NCBI GenBank assembly: GCA_040755995.1
Contig: JBFMAF010000036.1
Span: forward strand, 128,001 to 192,000
Reading direction: 5' to 3'
Origin: Acidobacteriota bacterium
GTDB taxonomy: Bacteria > Acidobacteriota > CAIWXX01
Length of the DNA stretch: 64,000 bases
Below the pieces are notes generated by a model that saw nothing but the letters and a program-made list of their open reading frames with translations, ran no database searches and was not told the DNA's origin. The translations under genes and the position numbers were made by a program. Of this stretch, positions 8,791 to 17,517 are shown in pieces; position 1 is the stretch's first letter, and each line of letters begins with the position of its first letter.

Positions 8791-11700
8791 CTAGGCGGTG
8801 GTCGCGCGGCCCGGTCCGTCTGCCACGCCCTGGAATCCTTGCAGCACGTGCGGCCGCTGCGCCCCCGAGTTGACCAGGTAGCAGAACGCCAGCGGGTGAA
8901 TGTGCTGTGGCGAAACCTCGAACGGTGCCACATCCTGCGCCATCCGCTGCACGACCTCCACCAGGCGGCCGAAGTTGTTCACGAATCCAGGTCGCTCCGC
9001 GGCCTCCTTCAGTCGATCGGCGAGAAGCTGCGCCTTCGGCGCAAGATCCCGTTGTACCACGAACCCGTACCAGCACTGCCGCCGGCAGAACCGGCATCCA
9101 GGCTCGATGCGTCTGGGCTGCACCGCCACCTGCCCTCGGAGTTCCTCCAGGAACGCGACGATCTGGTCGGCCGTTTGTGGTGTTGTCGGGCCCTCGTTCA
9201 TGAGCCCTGAAACGGCTCCGGAGAACAGCTCCTCCAATCGGAGATACGATCGGAAGCTGCCGAGGCCTCCGCGATAGTACCCGTGCCATTCCTTCAACGC
9301 GAGATGCGCCGTCTGGACGATATTGCAGAACAGGACGCCGGGCGCGGGCTCGACGCCGCCGAGGCGCTTGCGCAGAGCATTGAGAAGCGTCGCGCGCGTC
9401 CGCGCCCACTCCGCTTTCGCCGCCGGCGGCGAGCCCGCCATCAGGCTCGCGATGAAGTTATGGCATGCCTCGTAGCCGGCGGCATCGGGGGCGTTTGCAT
9501 CGGACAGGTACATGCAGGGGGAATCGCAGGGGGCGCACCCGGGCCACCGTCGGTATATATCACGCACTGTGTCTTGAAACGCAGTCATACGCTTTCGCAG
9601 TCCCTCGCGCCCGATGTCCCGCATGAACTGTTCGCGCAGGTTGTCCTTGACGCCGTACACCTGCAGCAAGATCGGCTTGTCCAGGAATTCGTTGTGGACC
9701 ACGGCCTGGCCCACACGCAACCGCACCACGTGCTCCTTCTGTTCCTGCGTCAGGTTCATGGCATTGCCCACCGACTGCCGGTCGTCTTCCGCGACGATAC
9801 GGTGCAGGATCTTGAGATTGGTGTTCTTCAGAACGTCCGGAGTCAGCTTGGCCGGCACCTGATCCACGATGATGAACCCCTCGCCGTACTCACGGATCTC
9901 GGCCAGAATATCGGAAAACATCTCCACGGCCTTCCCGCGCGGGTTGGCGGACTCGGCACTGAGCGCGGGCGGGATGTTCTTGAGGAGCCGGTGGGACTCC
10001 TCGATCAGCGTGATGTGCTGCAGGCCGCCGCCGTAATGCCGGGCAGTCTCGCAATACTCGTAGAGGTTTATCAGGAGCAGCGCCATGAGGAAGGCCTTCT
10101 CTGCATCATCCCCCACGTTCTTGAGCTCCATCACGGACGGCTTGCCGAAGAGCAGCTCCGCAGGGTATGAGTTGCGCGTGTTCAACATCGATCCCTTGCC
10201 CGCGATCAGGAGACTCTTGATGCGTGCCTTCAAAGCCGCCGAGATATCCATGCTCAGCTGCTGTGCGTATTTCTTCCGTTCCACGACGACGTCGATCTGG
10301 CGGTACAGGTCCTCGATCGTCGGCAGATACGGCACGTAGTCGTCCTTCGATGCGTCGATGAAGCGATTCTCCGAGCGGGAGAGGTCCCATCCCCGGTCTG
10401 TGTAGACGTCGAGGACCGCTTCCTCGAGGATGTACGGCATAGAGGCGTACATCGGGAAGCTGGCATTGAATACCGCCTTGAGCAGATCGATGTGGGTGAG
10501 CAGAGGGTAGCCGCGGGCGAAATGGAACGGGTTGAGGCGAAACGGGGACGTGGTCTCGTCCCCGAGTGTGAACACCTGCAGCTCGCGTCCCATCACAGGG
10601 TCCGCCAGCAAGACCCTGTACTCGGTCTTGGCCGGCTCGATCACCAGAAACGGCACCTGCTCGCGTTCGTATGCCACCCGCAACAACGCCAGACATGTAT
10701 TGGTCTTGCCCGCCCCCGTAATCCCGGTGATGAAAGTGTGCTTCGTCAGGCTTTTCGGTGGAACGTAGAAACGATCCGGCAGGACCTCGCCCCTGTAGAT
10801 CACCTGACCCAGCGCAAACCCTTCGGCAGCCGGTGGGTTGAGACCGAAGTCGGCGATTGGCGTCAACCGAATCCCAGGAACCTCCTCGCGCGGCATCCCC
10901 ATCACCAGCGACAGCTCGACGGTATTCAACGGAGTCGCGAGCTTGTGATAGATGGGTCCCAGCGGATGAGGAGCCTGTTCCGGGAACTGGATCTCGGGAT
11001 TGCGGAATTGCATGAGCGAGTCGCGGAGCGCCTCGTCATGCGCGCTCATATCGATCGACCGCAACGGTTCAAAATATGTCTCCTCACCCGACAGCACAGC
11101 CCGGACGACACCCTGTCCGCGATGCAGCGTGTTCTCGTTCTCAGCAAGAAGGAAGGTGCCGACATTCCACAGGCCGGAATTCTTGCCGTCCTGCAGGCGC
11201 TCCACGTACCGGTCCAGCAGCGACTCGCAGAACGCCGCAGTCTTGTTGAGAATCTCACGGCTGATGCCGCGCGTGCGCTGCTCGGACGTCGTGTCGGTGC
11301 GACCCATCGAGAACCCGGCACCCCCGACCACGGCGCTCAGGATCGGGCTGGCCGCTCCGAGCAGCGGACCGAACCCGAGCATGCCTCCGAGCAGCGTGGC
11401 CCCGCCGACGATGAGGCCGCCGCCGAGCGACCCGCCTTTCTGGTCGGCCCGCGAGGTCGTCTGTCCGATGGAGTCGCTCATGGTGCCGCGGACGTAAGCA
11501 TGAATCTCGGAGCTCAGCTCGCGGCACCTCTGGATCACCTCGTCGACCGTCGGCTCGCGAATCGGTTCGGCGATCACCACCAGGCAGTACTGCTCGCCGC
11601 GCAGGCTGTTGGCCAGCCGTTCGAGCCCCTGGACAAACACATCCTTCGACCCCTCTTTCAGCGACGGAATCCCGGTGATCGCGCCGATCCGCCGCAGGCT

Positions 11701-12174
11701 GGCGATGGGACGCAGCAGTTCCAGCGAGACATCGCGCGGCCCGAGCGAGCTCAGGCGAATGCCTGGGTAATTGCCGTGCAGAGCGCTGTCCAGGACTTCG
11801 ATCAGGTCGGCCGTGTGCTCGTGGCTGGCGGCATCCGACTTGTACAGGCCCATGTAGAGCTGCGTGCGATGCCCCTCGCTCCCGACCACGAACGCCAGCG
11901 AGTGAGAGCCGTCGCGGAACGAGCTAATCACGTTCTGCATGTTCAGGGCGTGAAGGCTCCGGCTCACGTCCGGCGAATGCGCAACTTCTGTGATCCGAAG
12001 GAACCGCAGGTTTGCCATCAGATTCGCGTCGGGCTTGACCTGTACCAGCCCGAAGTCGGGGACGCCGGGGAGGTAGCGCCGCTCGAGCGCCGTCAACAGG
12101 CTCTGACTTAGAGCGCTGTCGGACAGAGCCATCATCTGGCCATGGGGTCCTGCTACCTGCAAAGGCATATCCAC
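8791..12174 (-). CDS. large HerA/VirB4/FtsK-superfamily ATPase (DUF87-like)
   Basis: KHTFITGITGAGKT (Walker A), HITLIEESHRLL (Walker B), EIREYGEGFIIVDQVP and NTNLKILHR. Confidence 0.85.
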   Translation of the reverse strand: MDMPLQVAGPHGQMMALSDSALSQSLLTALERRYLPGVPDFGLVQVKPDANLMANLRFLRITEVAHSPDVSRSLHALNMQNVISSFRDGSHSLAFVVGSEGHRTQLYMGLYKSDAASHEHTADLIEVLDSALHGNYPGIRLSSLGPRDVSLELLRPIASLRRIGAITGIPSLKEGSKDVFVQGLERLANSLRGEQYCLVVIAEPIREPTVDEVIQRCRELSSEIHAYVRGTMSDSIGQTTSRADQKGGSLGGGLIVGGATLLGGMLGFGPLLGAASPILSAVVGGAGFSMGRTDTTSEQRTRGISREILNKTAAFCESLLDRYVERLQDGKNSGLWNVGTFLLAENENTLHRGQGVVRAVLSGEETYFEPLRSIDMSAHDEALRDSLMQFRNPEIQFPEQAPHPLGPIYHKLATPLNTVELSLVMGMPREEVPGIRLTPIADFGLNPPAAEGFALGQVIYRGEVLPDRFYVPPKSLTKHTFITGITGAGKTNTCLALLRVAYEREQVPFLVIEPAKTEYRVLLADPVMGRELQVFTLGDETTSPFRLNPFHFARGYPLLTHIDLLKAVFNASFPMYASMPYILEEAVLDVYTDRGWDLSRSENRFIDASKDDYVPYLPTIEDLYRQIDVVVERKKYAQQLSMDISAALKARIKSLLIAGKGSMLNTRNSYPAELLFGKPSVMELKNVGDDAEKAFLMALLLINLYEYCETARHYGGGLQHITLIEESHRLLKNIPPALSAESANPRGKAVEMFSDILAEIREYGEGFIIVDQVPAKLTPDVLKNTNLKILHRIVAEDDRQSVGNAMNLTQEQKEHVVRLRVGQAVVHNEFLDKPILLQVYGVKDNLREQFMRDIGREGLRKRMTAFQDTVRDIYRRWPGCAPCDSPCMYLSDANAPDAAGYEACHNFIASLMAGSPPAAKAEWARTRATLLNALRKRLGGVEPAPGVLFCNIVQTAHLALKEWHGYYRGGLGSFRSYLRLEELFSGAVSGLMNEGPTTPQTADQIVAFLEELRGQVAVQPRRIEPGCRFCRRQCWYGFVVQRDLAPKAQLLADRLKEAAERPGFVNNFGRLVEVVQRMAQDVAPFEVSPQHIHPLAFCYLVNSGAQRPHVLQGFQGVADGPGRATTA

Positions 12175-12175
12175 C

Positions 12176-14056
12176 TCACTTCTTGAGCTGGGTCACGGCA
12201 CAGATCGCCAGCCCCCTGGCGATCGTCTCCTCCGGGTTCGGCGCAAGAATCGGCGGGCGGTCGAGAGCCGCGCGCACGGCGTCGCCCGCGAAGTACCACC
12301 GCGCACTCCCGCCCGCCAGGATGACATGATCCAGGTGCACGGGCCTGAAGCCGATCCTTCCCGGGGCCTCGACGAGCGCATCCTGCAGCTGCTTGCGTGC
12401 CTCGGTCAGGAGCTGGTCCATCTCGACACGCGTCATTGAGATGCGCGTCGGTGGATCGCCCGCCGGAATGACGCAGTACTGGACATGCTCATTCCGTCCC
12501 TCGGCAAACGACCTCGACGCCTCTTCCTTGAAATCGCGCGCCAGCAGGGCGAGCGCGCGATGGTCCTCGTCCGAGAGCTCCAACTGCAGATGCTGGAGCA
12601 ACCAGTTCTCGATCATCATGTCAAACCACATGCCGCCCAGAGGAAGCTCCGTGTGATCGATCACGACCGGAGGCGACCCTTCGCCGCGTATCTCCACGAA
12701 CGAGATGCCCAGACCCTGGCTGCCCCAATCGAGCACCATCGCGTGCTCGGTGTCTCGGGGCGCCTTCTGGAGATGGAACGCCGCCGCGGCGAGAGGCTCG
12801 GGCACGAGCATTGCCAGCGGGAATCCGGACTGCTCAACCACCTCTGCCAACGCTTGCATGCGTTCCTCGGGCCAATCGGGCGGCACACCAAGAGCCGTCG
12901 CCGCGCCCTCGTGAGAATCAACCGAGCCCGGCCCGAGCACCTCGACCAGACGATAGCACAGCATCGTGAGAAAGCTGCGTGCCGCCTGAGCCGCCTCGCC
13001 CGAATCAGCTCCAATCTCGCCTGCGAATCCCAGGCTGACCTCATCCGGCGCCTGCGGCCACAGGCCCAGTGCGGCCTGGCCGAACAGGTCGGCGGAGCCC
13101 CCGGCGGACAGCTTCACGGCTGACGGGACCATCGTGCGCGCATCGAAGCGCACGAAGTCGGGCGGCGCGAGCAGGCGCCGGCCGTCGGCGCGGGCGTAAG
13201 CCAGGTAGGAATAGCCGCGACCCAGCGCGAGCCCAGTGATCGTGCGCGCGCCTCGCCGAGCCGGACGCTCACGATGCACACGGGCCAGACTCGAGAGGTT
13301 CCTCTGGGGTTCGGGTTTCGGCGGCCGCGCCTGAGCCGGCGTCGGGGACGGCGCCGGCGCTTGCACCTGCACAACGGCGCCGGCTCCAACCAGAGCCGCC
13401 CGAAGCCGCTCCGCGACCTCAAACGACAACTCCACGGCCAGCAGCACCGGCGCGCTCGCGACGAATGCGCTCGCGTCAGAGGGATTGAGGCCGAGGACCT
13501 GCCGGAGCGCGACGATGACACGCGGCCGATATGGGCCCGCAGAGACGAGCGTTATGTTGTATCCGGTCTGAGCGGCCGGCACCGGCGCCGCTGGAGACGC
13601 TGCGATCGCCGGTGGAGCTTGAGGCTGCACCACAGGCGCCGACCTTGGTGCAGCTGGTTGTCCCGGCGTGTGTTGCGGTGGAACCGAGGCGGCCGGTTGT
13701 TGTCCAGACGTCGGCGCCACAGGTACGGCAGCAAGCGCGGCGGGAGCTCGGACCGGTGGTGACTGCCGCTGGACCGCGGGCGCGGCCACAACGGGAGCCG
13801 CTGGAGGTTGCGCTGCAGCTGTTGCCGGGGCGCGATCAGTAGACATAGTCGGAGCCGCGGTCGCTGCGGCAACGGTTGGGGTTGCAGTCGGCGCGGGCGA
13901 TTTGAGAGTTGCAGGGGTTGGCGGATCCGGCGGCCCTGCGGGCTCTCCCGCGTCGGCGCGCTCTCCGCATTTCTGGCAGAAGCGCCCTTCAGGTGGCAGT
14001 TTCGAACCACAGCTAGTGCAAAATCTCGACGGCGGATTCTTCGCGTTCTCAGGCAT
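12176..14056 (-). CDS. zinc-ribbon + Pro/Ala linker + ribosomal L7/L12 C-terminal-like + Hsp70-like nucleotide-binding domain protein
   Basis: FCTSCG..FCQKCG; YNITLVSAG..VIVALRQVLGL..A..FV.SAP..L..AGAVVQV; GVPPDW, VPEPLAAA, VLDWG, ILAGGSAR and PEETIARG. Confidence 0.8.
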   Translation of the reverse strand: MPENAKNPPSRFCTSCGSKLPPEGRFCQKCGERADAGEPAGPPDPPTPATLKSPAPTATPTVAAATAAPTMSTDRAPATAAAQPPAAPVVAAPAVQRQSPPVRAPAALAAVPVAPTSGQQPAASVPPQHTPGQPAAPRSAPVVQPQAPPAIAASPAAPVPAAQTGYNITLVSAGPYRPRVIVALRQVLGLNPSDASAFVASAPVLLAVELSFEVAERLRAALVGAGAVVQVQAPAPSPTPAQARPPKPEPQRNLSSLARVHRERPARRGARTITGLALGRGYSYLAYARADGRRLLAPPDFVRFDARTMVPSAVKLSAGGSADLFGQAALGLWPQAPDEVSLGFAGEIGADSGEAAQAARSFLTMLCYRLVEVLGPGSVDSHEGAATALGVPPDWPEERMQALAEVVEQSGFPLAMLVPEPLAAAAFHLQKAPRDTEHAMVLDWGSQGLGISFVEIRGEGSPPVVIDHTELPLGGMWFDMMIENWLLQHLQLELSDEDHRALALLARDFKEEASRSFAEGRNEHVQYCVIPAGDPPTRISMTRVEMDQLLTEARKQLQDALVEAPGRIGFRPVHLDHVILAGGSARWYFAGDAVRAALDRPPILAPNPEETIARGLAICAVTQLKK

Positions 14057-14072
14057 CGGATTCACCCTTGTG

Positions 14073-14100
14073 CAGTTGTCAGTTGCCAGTTGTCGGTTGC
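14073..14100. repeat. heptamer tandem repeat
   Basis: CAGTTGT CAGTTGC CAGTTGT CGGTTGC. Confidence 0.7.
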
Positions 14101-14202
14101 GGACGATGCTGAGTGCCCCGCCGCGATCGCGAACTGTCTCGGCGCCGTGACGTCGCACCTTGTGTCCCGGGCATCTCTCTTCCCGTGGAGGGGAGCGGCC
14201 CA

Positions 14203-14943
14203 CTACCCTGCGGGGCTGCCGCAGTGGTCGCAGAATCTGGCGTCCGCGTGGAGCTCGTGCCCGCAGGTGAAGCACCTCTTGGATGCCGCGGCCCCGCATG
14301 CGTTGCAGAACTTCGAGCCGGGTTGCAGCGGCTGGCCGCACTGAACGCAGGCCACCGGGCCTGCTGCAACTCCCGCCTGACCTGGCGACCCCATGGTGAC
14401 TGGCGGAGGTGGCCTGACAGGGCCATGTGGTGCGCCAGGTTGCCCCTGAGCGGAGCCGAATGCTTGCGGGCCCTGAAACGGCGCCTGGGACGCGCCGAAG
14501 CTGGGAGCCGTGCTGAATCCGGGGGCGGCGCCGGCGGGCGAGCCGCCGAACGCGGAGTTCGTCCTCACGTACTCCTCGATGAAACGCCATGCTTTGGTCT
14601 GCAACTGCGACTGCTGGTAGGCCCCGACCCCCGCCGTGATCAGCGCAGGGAAGAAGACGATGGCTCCCACGCCGGCCACGACACCCTTGTCAGCCCACTT
14701 CGCTCCTCCCATCTCGACACTCACGTACTCGCCTTCCAGGCCGATCATGGCCGTCAGAGCGGACGACATCCCGGCGATCTTGCGGAGTGTGTCTTCTTTG
14801 CGTGCCTGGACGGTCAAACCGCCGTTCGGCGCCGGCATGATCTGAGTCTGATACCCGTCCCTGGCGAACCATTCCGTGAGCGATTGGGCCAGTGCCTGCA
14901 TGTCAATGTCGGGGCCGTAGAAGTGGCGCTTCTCCATGGGCAT
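14203..14943 (-). CDS. double zinc ribbon (DZR) protein with hydrophobic Gly-rich segment
   Basis: C-terminal CVQC/CNAC/CFTC/CDHC; segment GVVAGVGAIVFFPALITAGVGA; SD GGAGG. Confidence 0.85.
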   Translation of the reverse strand: MPMEKRHFYGPDIDMQALAQSLTEWFARDGYQTQIMPAPNGGLTVQARKEDTLRKIAGMSSALTAMIGLEGEYVSVEMGGAKWADKGVVAGVGAIVFFPALITAGVGAYQQSQLQTKAWRFIEEYVRTNSAFGGSPAGAAPGFSTAPSFGASQAPFQGPQAFGSAQGQPGAPHGPVRPPPPVTMGSPGQAGVAAGPVACVQCGQPLQPGSKFCNACGAAASKRCFTCGHELHADARFCDHCGSPAG

Positions 14944-15012
14944 GGTCTAGACCTCCTTCAACCTTCGCTTCTATGTGCAGCGCTACGATCTGTCGGAACC
15001 GTATCTCCGGGC

Positions 15013-15672
15013 TCAGAAGAACACCGAGTCCGAGACCTTCTCTCCGCGATTGACGCGCTCGGCCACCTTGTATCCATCGAACGCGCAGGCCACCGCAAAT
15101 ACCAACCCCAGCAGCATCCACAGCGAGAAGATGCCGGGATTCGTCAACACCATCTGCTCCTGGCCGAACATGTCCATCATCGGAGTGTAGGCACCCCTGA
15201 GAATGACGAACGACGCGATCCACCAGACGGCGAGTTGAATCGCCCCTTTCTTCATCTGTCCGTTATAGAAGGCCTGCGCCCCGAACCCGCCTAGAAAGAA
15301 CCCCAGCGCCGCAGCTACGCCCTGGCTCTTCCGCTTCGAGACCGGCTGCGCCGGGTAGTATCCTGGCGGATAGGCGCCCGGTGCCTGCGCCGGTGGAGGG
15401 CCGTACGGTTGAGGCGCCTGTGGTGGTGCATAGGGCACCCCGACGGGCGGCTGGCTCGGCGGGTACTGCGGAATTGCGGGTGGCGGCGCCTGAGGCGGCT
15501 GGTAGTACTGTCCACCTGGGTAGGCAGAGGTGGGAGGTGGAGCCTCTGACTGCGGCGGGGCCGGAGCGATCGGAGGCTGTGGACTCGGAGCGGCGGCGAC
15601 GGGTGCACCGCAGGACATACAGAAGCGAGCATCATCGGCATTCTTGGTCCCGCACTGACTGCAGAATGGCAT
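15013..15672 (-). CDS. zinc-ribbon + Pro-rich + TM2/NINE membrane protein
   Basis: MPFCSQCG..FCMSCG; KSQGVAAALGFFLGGFGAQAFYNGQ (TM2 signature); SD GAGGTG. Confidence 0.85.
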   Translation of the reverse strand: MPFCSQCGTKNADDARFCMSCGAPVAAAPSPQPPIAPAPPQSEAPPPTSAYPGGQYYQPPQAPPPAIPQYPPSQPPVGVPYAPPQAPQPYGPPPAQAPGAYPPGYYPAQPVSKRKSQGVAAALGFFLGGFGAQAFYNGQMKKGAIQLAVWWIASFVILRGAYTPMMDMFGQEQMVLTNPGIFSLWMLLGLVFAVACAFDGYKVAERVNRGEKVSDSVFF

Positions 15673-15986
15673 AGGATCACCTCTTCAGAGTATTGTCGAG
15701 TGGAGTTTCGAAGCAGACCCGCGGGTCCTCACGCCGGCTTGCGGCGCCAGGGCAGGCGATCGACCGGACGCGCTCGCGGCGAGCCTTGCGGGTAGCCGGC
15801 ATAGCGCCCAAGATAGGCGTGCCCGGCGCCGTTGTCAAGCCCGCTGCGCGCAGGAGAACGGAAGAGGCGAGTGGCAGCCTGCCCATCGGCCTTTCATGCA
15901 GCTCGCCTGGCCGTCACGTGCGTTCGACACGGGCCCGCGTCGTTCATCACATTGCACGGCGCGCGAAGGCGGCTCCATCGTATGGT

Positions 15987-16550
15987 ATGGGTGTGATGAT
16001 CAAGCAGCGAGCGAGCGAGCGGTCTGCGCGTGGCCGGCCTGCCTTCGCGCCGGATCTCCTGGCGCTGGTCATCTGCTTCGGAGCCGCGGCCGAGGCTTCG
16101 GATGCCCTCGCAACGCCTGACGGACTGCTCAGGCCGGCCGGCTTCGAGCTCGACGGTCCGACGCAGACTTACGGAACCGACGAGCGCACCCTGCAGGACG
16201 GCTCGATCTTCGATTACATGGACGGTGCGGGAGTCGCCTATCTGGAGCACGGATTTCAGCGGCTGAGCCACACGTCGCTCAAGAACGCAGCCGGCCATCG
16301 CATCGTCGTGGATTCGTTCGAGTTCTCTTCCCCCGAGCAGGCGCAGGCGGCTTTCGCAGACGAGGCCATTTGCCCGGCGGGGTACGTCGCTCTGGAAGTC
16401 CGCGGGAGTCAGTGCAAGGTTTACAACTTCTCGCCCGACTACGTGCTGTGCTTCGCCGCGGGAAATCGCATGGTCAGCATCCGCACGAACAACGATGAGC
16501 ACGCCCGGGCGGTGAGGGAGCTCGCCTCCGGGCTCTTGATGGAAAGGTAA
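15987..16550 (+). CDS. exported protein, DUF6599-like
   Basis: Signal-like LLALVICFGAAAEA and IFDYMDGAG..YL..GF motif; adjacent to DUF362. Start uncertain. Confidence 0.6.
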   Translation: MGVMIKQRASERSARGRPAFAPDLLALVICFGAAAEASDALATPDGLLRPAGFELDGPTQTYGTDERTLQDGSIFDYMDGAGVAYLEHGFQRLSHTSLKNAAGHRIVVDSFEFSSPEQAQAAFADEAICPAGYVALEVRGSQCKVYNFSPDYVLCFAAGNRMVSIRTNNDEHARAVRELASGLLMER

Positions 16551-16554
16551 GGGC

Positions 16555-17511
16555 ATGAACCGCAGATGGTCCCGAAGAGACTTCATCGCAGCAGGCGCCC
16601 TGGGAGGGATGGCAGGATGGTGGGCGTCGAGCAAGGCGGCAACGTTGCTGGCGCAGTCGTCGTTGGCATTCGACAGGACGAAGGTGATCGTAGCTCGCGA
16701 CGAAAAGTGCATCAACGGGCGCAACGAGTGCGACCCGGTGCTGGTCAAGAGGGCCTTCGACAGGTCACTGCTCGCGTTGACCGGCCGGCAGGATGCAAGG
16801 GCGGCCTGGACGTCGCTGGGACTGGCCGCCGCCGACGTGGTCGCGGTCAAGATGAACTGCTGCACCTGGACGATCCCGCTCGCGCCGCACAAGGAGCTTG
16901 TCCGCGCGCTCTGCGACAGCCTCGGAACTGTCATCCCGCAGAACAACATCATCCTCTACGACCGCTCGAACGAGCAGCTCGATGAGGGCGGCTTCGCCAT
17001 CAACCAGTCGAAAAGCGGTGTGCGCTGCTTCGGGAACGACCAGGGTGGAGGCTACGACGAGCAGGAGAGGCTCACACGGATCGTCACCAACACCTGCACC
17101 AAGCTCATCAACCTTGCGTCGCTGAAGTGCGTCGAGTGGCATTTCGGCGGAAGCATCTTCATGAAGAACCACATCGGCACGCTCATGAGTGAAGACATGC
17201 CGAAGTGCCACGGCAACCCCGATTTCCTGGCGGAAGTGAGCTCTCGTCCCAGCATACGGAAGAAGACGATACTGCAGCTCTGCGACGGTCTCCGGGGCAG
17301 CTACCAGAGAGGAGTCCCGTGGTACTGGGCCGGGATCATCATGGGACGGGACCCGGTGGCGTCCGAATGCGTGGCGATGGACGTGATCAACGAGAAACGT
17401 ATCGCCGAGAAGGTGCCCGCGATAGAAATGCCGGCGCACCTGCTGATTGCCGCGGGCAAGTACAGGATCGGCACCTGCAACGCGCATCTGATCGAGAGAG
17501 TACGAGTGTAA
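16555..17511 (+). CDS. Tat-exported DUF362-family protein
   Basis: SRRDF Tat motif; VAVKMN, LINL..LK, MKNHIG and GRDPVA. Confidence 0.8.
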   Translation: MNRRWSRRDFIAAGALGGMAGWWASSKAATLLAQSSLAFDRTKVIVARDEKCINGRNECDPVLVKRAFDRSLLALTGRQDARAAWTSLGLAAADVVAVKMNCCTWTIPLAPHKELVRALCDSLGTVIPQNNIILYDRSNEQLDEGGFAINQSKSGVRCFGNDQGGGYDEQERLTRIVTNTCTKLINLASLKCVEWHFGGSIFMKNHIGTLMSEDMPKCHGNPDFLAEVSSRPSIRKKTILQLCDGLRGSYQRGVPWYWAGIIMGRDPVASECVAMDVINEKRIAEKVPAIEMPAHLLIAAGKYRIGTCNAHLIERVRV

Positions 17512-17517
17512 AACCGG

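Noticed and set aside
8791..12174. Interpretation as a conjugative VirB4/ICE or a HerA-NurA/Sir2 defence system
   Set aside because: No relaxase, coupling protein, integrase, nuclease or sirtuin gene nearby.
14057..14590. N-terminal extension of the 804-aa ORF in the track
   Set aside because: Overlaps the DZR gene in another frame. The true start is more plausibly the ATG at 14056, just before the zinc ribbon.
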